Below are positions 27,771 through 34,258 of a stretch of DNA of 34,258 bases, piece by piece. This DNA comes from a virus. Its lineage: Duplodnaviria; Caudoviricetes. Location: positions 1 through 34,258 of the IMG/VR virus record IMGVR_UViG_3300025684_000038. One strand, written 5' to 3'. Made by a program: the position numbers and the translations under genes. How positions within the stretch are numbered: position 1 is the stretch's first letter; each line of letters starts with the position of its first letter. The notes under the pieces are model-generated. The model was not told the DNA's origin, made no database searches, and saw only the letters and a program-made list of their open reading frames with translations.

Positions 27771-30700
27771 ATGGCTGATTTTAAACTTGGTAGAATTAGA
27801 TTTATATGGAAAGGTAGCTGGACTGCCTCAACCACATACTACAAAGACGACATTATAAGAAATGGCGGCAACACATATGTTTGTATTACAGGACATACGG
27901 CAAGCCTAAGTTTTCCAGATGATCAAACAAACTGGAACAAAATCAGCGATGGCCAAGAATGGAAAGCAGACTGGACGTTAGATACATATTATAAAGTTAA
28001 TGATATTGTTAAATACGGCGGGTACTTATATATTTGTAACACTGCACACACTAGTGCTAACAATGTTTCAGATGGATTAGAACTTGATCTAGCAACAGAT
28101 TCAACTGATGCTAAGTGGGATTTATATGCAGAAGGATTTGATTATAAGGCAGATTGGACACCTTCTACTAGATATAAAATTAACGATATTGTAAAATATA
28201 ATTCTACAATTTACTTATGTACAGAAGGTCACACTTCAGCAACTGACGTACTTATTGGTCTTGAAAATGATCAGTCAAAGTGGGACGTATTTTCTCAAGG
28301 TGTGAGTTGGCAAGCTGATTGGCAAGTTTCAAATCGATATGTAGTAAATGATATTATTCGTTATGGCGGCAGAACTTATGTTTGTAATACTGGTCATGTA
28401 AGTGCTGAAACAGTAGCATTAGGATTAGAAACAGATCAGGCTAAATGGGATATATTCCACGATGGTATTGAATTTAAAGGCGACTGGACAACCGGAACAC
28501 GTTATAAATTAAATGACTTAGTTAAGTCTGGTGCAGGCATTTGGATTTGTACTACATATCATACAAGTCAAAATGTATTATCAGATGACGAAGCAAAATG
28601 GTCACAGTTTATCGAAGGTTTAGAATTTGAAGATAGCTGGGCCGGTACAACTTATTATCAAGCAGGTGATTTTGTTACTTATGGTGGCTATTCTTATGTA
28701 GCTATTACTAACAATGTAGGACAACGTCCTACAGATAATCCAACAGATTGGGATTTATTTACAACAGGTTTTAGATTAGTAGGTGATTGGGGAGCTGATT
28801 CATCGAACTTCCAATACTTTGTTGGTGATGTTGTACGTCAAGGTGGATATACATACTTATGTATACTCGACAATACAGGTCAAGAGCCGCCGAACCTAAC
28901 ATATTGGGAAAGATTAAACCAAGGTATTGAATGGAACGATGCATGGACTGACGCTACTGAATACGATCTAGGCGATGCAGTACGCTATGGTAGTAGTAGT
29001 TACATCGCAGTAGCAAAACATACGTCAGATGAAATTGGCGCACAAAATAGACCAGACCAAGACGTATCTGGTGTAACGTGGAATTTGTTATCAGGTGGTG
29101 GCGAAACACTTCCAATGACAACTGAAGGCGACATGGTGTATTATGGTGGCGCCGGACCTACTAGACTTGCAATTGGAGAGCCAGGACAAGCACTTAAAGT
29201 TAATTCAGCAGGCAATGCACCTGAATGGGGATTCTTTGGAAAAATTAATCACGTATGGTACGTATCAACTTCTAGCGGAGTAGATAGTCCTGCACCAAAC
29301 TATGGTACTACATTAGATCAACCTTGGAAAACAATTAATTATAGTTTAAGAAATATCGAAGAAGGTGCATTAAATCCTAATGCAAAATATGTACTTGCCG
29401 CAAACAGAGCATTTATACAAGCAGAAACTGTTGAATGGGTCGACTATCAAATAACTAATGATATTGCACCATTTACAAGTGCGTACACATATGACAAAGA
29501 AAAATGTCGTAGAGACACTGGTCAAATTATAGATGCACTAGTATGGGACGTATCACATGGCGGTAATCAAAAGTCTAGAACAGCAGCACTAACATATTTT
29601 GACGGCAATGGTGACTTAATTGCAGCTATTGCAGACGAAGATGGCGAAACAGCAGCAGCTCTTGCATATTCACTAAGTTTAATTGATAGTGCTATATTAC
29701 AAAGCATTGATCCAAGTGCTAATTATCAAACACTAAATGCTGTAGGATCTCCTATTACACAAGTTAAGGATGTAACTAAGCCAGAAGAAACTGGCGTTCA
29801 AGCAATAATTAACACATTAATGGGAATTACAATTGATTCTATAACAGCAGCAAGTTCAGCTGGAATCCCAGCTGAAGTTATTCCGAACAATACATTGTTT
29901 GTTAAAACAGGAACATATGCCGAAGTACTTCCAATGATTGTACCTGAGCAAACAGCAGTTGTAGGCGACGAACTTCGTTCAACACGTATTACTCCTGCAG
30001 GCAGTTTAGTTGATAGTGGTGATACCACATATACACTAGCAGCCATTGCAAGATTAAAAGCAATCACAAGTGATATTGTTACTAACGGAGCAGTTACAAA
30101 AACAACAGGCAACGCTCAGTCACAAGTAACAACTCGTCCAGCTGGCGGCGCAGATCCAGCAGTACATGCTACTGATTTATGGCAGCAAATTTATGATTAT
30201 ATTAATTGGGGTGTTAACGGAGCAGCAGGCGACTCAACCGAACCGGTTAAAGGCGGAACTAATACTCCTCAAACATCAACAGACTATACATATGCAGTTG
30301 AAGCAATTGAAGCAAACAGATTATTCTTAGTTGAAGAAGCTATTGCATACATTGCAGATACATACCCTGCATATGTATATGATGAGGACAAGTGTCGCAG
30401 AGATGTAAACAGATATATTGATGCAATCAAATACGATATAATTTACCAACCTGATAGTGTTGCATCGCCTGTACAAACAAAGGGCAATTACAAATCATTA
30501 ACAGCAGCAGAGCAATATGTAAATGCTGTAAACGGTAGTTTAACAGAAAATATGTTCTACATGCGCAACGGCACAGGACTGCGCAATTGTACTACAGCAG
30601 ACTTAACAGGAACACTAAGCGCACCTAACGCTTACGGAACACAGCGTCCAACAGCCGGTGCTTATGTATCACTTGATCCAGGCTGGGGACCAGACGATAG

Positions 30701-32627
30701 TCGTGCATGGATTATTAATAAATCACCATATGTACAGAATGTAACAACATTTGGTACTGGGTGTATTGGTATGAAAGTTGATGGTGATCTTCATAATGGT
30801 GGTAACGACTCAATTGTTGCAAACGACTTTACACAAATTCTAAGTGACGGCATTGGCGCATGGGTTACTAATTTGGGAAGATCGGAACTTGTATCTGTGT
30901 TCTCATATTATAATCACATTGGTTATCTAGCAGAAAATGGCGGCAAGATCCGTGCTACAAACGGTAACAACTCTTATGGTGATTTTGGCTCAGTATCTGA
31001 AGGAGTTGATGCAACTGAAACTCCGGTTACTGCAATAGTCGACAACAGAAAGTTAGATGCTGTTGTAGATAGTGTAATGACAGACGGCGACGATGTTCTT
31101 GTATTAAACTACATTAATGCAGGACAAAATTATACTGTCGGCGGCACTACTATAGCAATCACAGGCGAAGGATACGGACTAGGAACTGTAACTCCAACTG
31201 TTAATAATGGAGCTGTATTTAATGTAAGATTACTTGATACTGATATTGACGGTGATAGTACAGCAGACACCGGCGGAGCCGAATATGTAAATGCAACAAA
31301 CAGTGCGCAAGAAGGTGATACAACTAGTATTACAATTTCTAATACCGACACTGCGTTGAGTTCACAGTATATCGGAATGGCAATATATATTACTGCAGGC
31401 ACAGGCGCTGGACAATACGGATACATAAACAGTTATAACGCCGGAACAAAAATTGCACAAGTTTATAAAATGAGTGACGGTACAGCAGGTTGGGATCATG
31501 TTATAGGAAATTCAATCGTAGCTGCACTAGATGCAACTACTGAGTATTCAATTGAACCTAGGTTAACATTTACAGCACCACCGAGCGGATTGTATGCAGA
31601 TACTGCCAAAGCAAGAGTAGTGATAGCTGACGAGAAAATTGCTAGAGTTATAATTTGGGATCCGGGTTCAGGATACACTAGTGTTCCGACTATGACTATT
31701 ACAGATCCAAACAATACTATCGAAGCACCATTTGTAGTTAGAGTGGGCGATGGCGTACTAGCACAGCCTACGTATACAGATAGAGGTACAGCATTTACTA
31801 CAGCAACAGCAGAGGTAGTAGGTGACGGTTTTGCGGATCAATATCAACCAGGTGAATTTGTAGAAGTAAATAATCTTAGTGAAGAACCGCAACCTGGTTC
31901 AAATATTGTGTTTGATCATTTGCCAAACAATGTATTTAAACTTGTTGCTGTAAGAGATTTCCAAGGAGCAGGACCTTACTCTGCTCAATTGCAAGTTTCA
32001 CCTGAGCTAACAATTTCTCAGGCACCTGAGCACCAACAAGATCTTGAAATGCGTATTAGATATTCTCAAGTACGCCTAACAGGACACGATTTCCTAGATA
32101 TTGGCACTGGTAATTTTGGAGAAACTAATTATCCAAATGCACCTGCATACGATCCAAATCCACTAAAGGAAACAACAGAAAAAGGCGGAGGACGAGTGTT
32201 CTTTACCTCAACTGACCAAGATGGTAACTTTAGAGTTGGCGACTTGTTTAGTGTAGAACAGAGTACTGGTATTGCAACTCTAAATGCTGATGCATTTAAT
32301 ATTAGTGGTCTACAAGAACTGTCATTAGGCGAACTAGGATTAGGAAGCACTGGTGCAGTTATTAACGAATTCAGTACAGATGGTACATTTACAGCAAATA
32401 GTGATAATGTTGTTCCAACACAAAAAGCTATTAAAACTTATATTACGTCACAAATTGGTGGCGGTGCTGCAACACTGAATGTAAATAGTGTTACTGCTGG
32501 TCAAATTGAAATAAGTGGCCAACAAATTACTACTACACTTGGAACAAAGATTGACGTGTTAAACGTTATGAACTTTGAAAAAGGTGTAAACGGTGTACCA
32601 GTAGCAATGAATTATTTCTTAACATAA
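27771..32627 (+). CDS. Giant virion appendage protein, paralog 4: eight CBM5/12-like repeats, beta-helix core and two helical KCRRD inserts
   Basis: N-terminus MADFKLGRIRFIWKG matches paralog 3, and the two are colinear. KCRRD occurs near 29502 and 30390. Confidence 0.8.
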   Translation: MADFKLGRIRFIWKGSWTASTTYYKDDIIRNGGNTYVCITGHTASLSFPDDQTNWNKISDGQEWKADWTLDTYYKVNDIVKYGGYLYICNTAHTSANNVSDGLELDLATDSTDAKWDLYAEGFDYKADWTPSTRYKINDIVKYNSTIYLCTEGHTSATDVLIGLENDQSKWDVFSQGVSWQADWQVSNRYVVNDIIRYGGRTYVCNTGHVSAETVALGLETDQAKWDIFHDGIEFKGDWTTGTRYKLNDLVKSGAGIWICTTYHTSQNVLSDDEAKWSQFIEGLEFEDSWAGTTYYQAGDFVTYGGYSYVAITNNVGQRPTDNPTDWDLFTTGFRLVGDWGADSSNFQYFVGDVVRQGGYTYLCILDNTGQEPPNLTYWERLNQGIEWNDAWTDATEYDLGDAVRYGSSSYIAVAKHTSDEIGAQNRPDQDVSGVTWNLLSGGGETLPMTTEGDMVYYGGAGPTRLAIGEPGQALKVNSAGNAPEWGFFGKINHVWYVSTSSGVDSPAPNYGTTLDQPWKTINYSLRNIEEGALNPNAKYVLAANRAFIQAETVEWVDYQITNDIAPFTSAYTYDKEKCRRDTGQIIDALVWDVSHGGNQKSRTAALTYFDGNGDLIAAIADEDGETAAALAYSLSLIDSAILQSIDPSANYQTLNAVGSPITQVKDVTKPEETGVQAIINTLMGITIDSITAASSAGIPAEVIPNNTLFVKTGTYAEVLPMIVPEQTAVVGDELRSTRITPAGSLVDSGDTTYTLAAIARLKAITSDIVTNGAVTKTTGNAQSQVTTRPAGGADPAVHATDLWQQIYDYINWGVNGAAGDSTEPVKGGTNTPQTSTDYTYAVEAIEANRLFLVEEAIAYIADTYPAYVYDEDKCRRDVNRYIDAIKYDIIYQPDSVASPVQTKGNYKSLTAAEQYVNAVNGSLTENMFYMRNGTGLRNCTTADLTGTLSAPNAYGTQRPTAGAYVSLDPGWGPDDSRAWIINKSPYVQNVTTFGTGCIGMKVDGDLHNGGNDSIVANDFTQILSDGIGAWVTNLGRSELVSVFSYYNHIGYLAENGGKIRATNGNNSYGDFGSVSEGVDATETPVTAIVDNRKLDAVVDSVMTDGDDVLVLNYINAGQNYTVGGTTIAITGEGYGLGTVTPTVNNGAVFNVRLLDTDIDGDSTADTGGAEYVNATNSAQEGDTTSITISNTDTALSSQYIGMAIYITAGTGAGQYGYINSYNAGTKIAQVYKMSDGTAGWDHVIGNSIVAALDATTEYSIEPRLTFTAPPSGLYADTAKARVVIADEKIARVIIWDPGSGYTSVPTMTITDPNNTIEAPFVVRVGDGVLAQPTYTDRGTAFTTATAEVVGDGFADQYQPGEFVEVNNLSEEPQPGSNIVFDHLPNNVFKLVAVRDFQGAGPYSAQLQVSPELTISQAPEHQQDLEMRIRYSQVRLTGHDFLDIGTGNFGETNYPNAPAYDPNPLKETTEKGGGRVFFTSTDQDGNFRVGDLFSVEQSTGIATLNADAFNISGLQELSLGELGLGSTGAVINEFSTDGTFTANSDNVVPTQKAIKTYITSQIGGGAATLNVNSVTAGQIEISGQQITTTLGTKIDVLNVMNFEKGVNGVPVAMNYFLT

Positions 32628-32642
32628 TGGAGACAAAATAAA

Positions 32643-32963
32643 ATGGCAACAGGAATATTAGGAACAGCGGATTTGACAGCAGGCGCAGATACAGTAGTGT
32701 ATACTGTTCCAGCTGACACATTTGCTGTCACAAGTGTTTCGTTTTGTAACAGAGGTAACGCTGCTATAACTGTAAGACTTGCAGTATGTGCAGCCGATGC
32801 CCCTGAACTTGCGGAATATATAGAATACGACACCACTATCCAATCAAAGGGTGTCCTAGAGAGAACAGGTATCGTTTTAGATGCAACCAAAAGAATTGTA
32901 GTATACTCAAGTGCTGCAAATGTTTCAGCGGTAGCATTTGGAATTGAGACCTCAACGGCATAA
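32643..32963 (+). CDS. Small beta-rich virion protein, paralog C
   Basis: VYTVPA...VSFCNR...GIVL...AFGIE resembles LTVPA...ILVCNN...RIVL in 13886..14221. Confidence 0.7.
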   Translation: MATGILGTADLTAGADTVVYTVPADTFAVTSVSFCNRGNAAITVRLAVCAADAPELAEYIEYDTTIQSKGVLERTGIVLDATKRIVVYSSAANVSAVAFGIETSTA

Positions 32964-32967
32964 ATAC
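32959..32967 (+). promoter_or_regulatory. Late promoter box CATAAATAC overlapping a stop codon
   Basis: Matches the consensus, about 23 nt before the ATG at 32990; SD AAGGA. Confidence 0.75.
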
Positions 32968-32989
32968 ATACAACAAAGGAAACAACACA

Positions 32990-33322
32990 ATGGGAAGATT
33001 TATTACAGAAACTGGTACAGCTTCATCCGTAGTTCGTGAAGTTAATAGTGCTTACAATGCAGTAGTAAATGATCGTATTTTAGCTGACACTTCAAGTGCA
33101 GCGTTTACAGTAACTTTACCACTCAACTCAACACTATTAGTTAATGACACTATTCAATTTATTGATATAGGCGGATCATTTGCTACCAACAACCTTACAT
33201 TAGGCAGAAATGGTTCTAACATGCAAGGTTTAGCAGAAGATCTAGTTTTGGACTTGAATGGTGCAACAATTACACTTATGTACAGTGGACCAACTTACGG
33301 TTGGATTATTATAGGAACTTAA
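32990..33322 (+). CDS. Small tail-fibre-repeat protein (T4 gp34-type beta repeat)
   Basis: Pattern DTSSAAFTVTLP...D.I..ID..G.F.TNNLT..RNG...G...DL.LD...L.Y.....GW is typical of T4-like fibre proteins. Confidence 0.65.
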   Translation: MGRFITETGTASSVVREVNSAYNAVVNDRILADTSSAAFTVTLPLNSTLLVNDTIQFIDIGGSFATNNLTLGRNGSNMQGLAEDLVLDLNGATITLMYSGPTYGWIIIGT

Positions 33323-33325
33323 GAT

Positions 33326-34195
33326 ATGCCAAGACTACGAGACCTTTTAGATATAGCATCTGCAGACAGCTTTACAATTGACAAAGGTGCCCCCACGTTT
33401 TTTGAGAATGCTAACCAGTCTCTAGTTTTTGTTAGAAGCTGTACTGATTCACCAAATTACAATTATGATGAAGGATGTTTTTGCTGCTGGCAAATACAAA
33501 GTTCTATGAACAATATTTCGTTTGAAGTATGGGGCGGCGGAGGCGGCGGTGCTGGCTCTTGCTGTTGTTCTTGGGGGGCTCCGGGCGGTGCAGGAGCATA
33601 TGCTAAAAAATCTCTTGACAACACCGCAGGTGCATATAACGGTCAGTGCTATACATTTTGTATATCAGCAGGCGGATGTTGTTCACCTGTTCAAAGTTGT
33701 GGATATAGAGGATGCCAAAGCCATGTAATAGGAGCAGGGTTAACAAACTTCTGTGCAGAAGGCGGCATTCCAGGTTGTGGATTATGTTTCTTCTTTGGTT
33801 GTTTCCCAAATAGCGGTTGTGGAATTTTGTGGCATCCATCAAAAGGTACTCAGTGTGCATGTTATTTTGGAGCAGATGAAGGCGTACCAGGACATTTAGG
33901 CGGAATGGAGGCTAGTTGCTGCGATGCTGGTAACTGGTGTCATTATAAATCAATTCACCCAGTTCCGGCAATGCCAGGAAGACCATCAAACGCATATCAA
34001 GCAATCGGCGCACACTGTAATCTTGTAGCATCTTGTGATAGATGTAGAATGAATGGCTGGGGCGTAAGTGGCGCAATGGGCTCGAGTGAGATGGTTGCTA
34101 TTGGAATCGGCGGCACAACAGCTAGAACCTGCGGCGGCGGCTGCTGCTGTGGAATGGGCGGCGGCCCTGGAATGTTAAAGATAAGTTGGAGTTAA
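33326..34195 (+). CDS. Cys- and Gly-rich fibre-tip/adhesin-like protein
   Basis: Glycine-rich framework (EVWGGGGGG, GGAGAYAKK, GGPGMLKISW) with 30 Cys in 289 aa, counted manually. Confidence 0.7.
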   Translation: MPRLRDLLDIASADSFTIDKGAPTFFENANQSLVFVRSCTDSPNYNYDEGCFCCWQIQSSMNNISFEVWGGGGGGAGSCCCSWGAPGGAGAYAKKSLDNTAGAYNGQCYTFCISAGGCCSPVQSCGYRGCQSHVIGAGLTNFCAEGGIPGCGLCFFFGCFPNSGCGILWHPSKGTQCACYFGADEGVPGHLGGMEASCCDAGNWCHYKSIHPVPAMPGRPSNAYQAIGAHCNLVASCDRCRMNGWGVSGAMGSSEMVAIGIGGTTARTCGGGCCCGMGGGPGMLKISWS

Positions 34196-34196
34196 A

Positions 34197-34258
34197 ATGG
34201 CAGGCTTAAGAAGTTTATTAGACAAATATGATCAGATAACAAACACTGACATTAATAC
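34197..34258 (+). CDS. 3'-truncated ORF, probable paralog of the Cys-rich protein
   Basis: MAGLRSLLDKYDQITNTDIN... resembles MPRLRDLLD; it starts 1 nt after the previous stop, with GGAG upstream. Confidence 0.6.
   Translation, partial: MAGLRSLLDKYDQITNTDIN

Noticed and set aside
24581-32245. Diversity-generating retroelement TR/VR pair or an invertible shufflon
   Set aside because: The repeats are short, direct and in conserved coding motifs, with no adenine-specific mismatches. No reverse transcriptase or recombinase is present in the window.

Overview
AT-rich, densely coded late (virion structural) region of a large T4-superfamily-like myophage. Order: a truncated Ala/Gly/Lys-rich gene; an opposite-strand gp26-like baseplate-hub/tail chaperone followed by a start-less ORF reachable by a -1 frameshift; a probable tape-measure protein; the head module (portal gp20, small protein, GT42/Maf-like enzyme, acidic core protein, protease gp21, scaffold gp22, capsid gp23, terminator); then about 22 kb of fibre/appendage genes. 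These include four paralogous giant proteins with swapped inserts, three paralogous ~110-aa proteins and a 30-Cys glycine-rich protein. T4-type late promoter boxes (NATAAATA, usually followed by C) punctuate the region. The strongest unannotated signal is a -1 frameshift cassette at 1441-1486 on the minus strand: slippery A-AAU-UUU-UUC, a 6-nt spacer and a perfect 11-bp stem. Other signals are an RBS-sequestering hairpin overlapping a late promoter, two structured leaders and identical DNA islands between diverged paralogs. All family calls come from motifs recognised by eye; no database searches were run.
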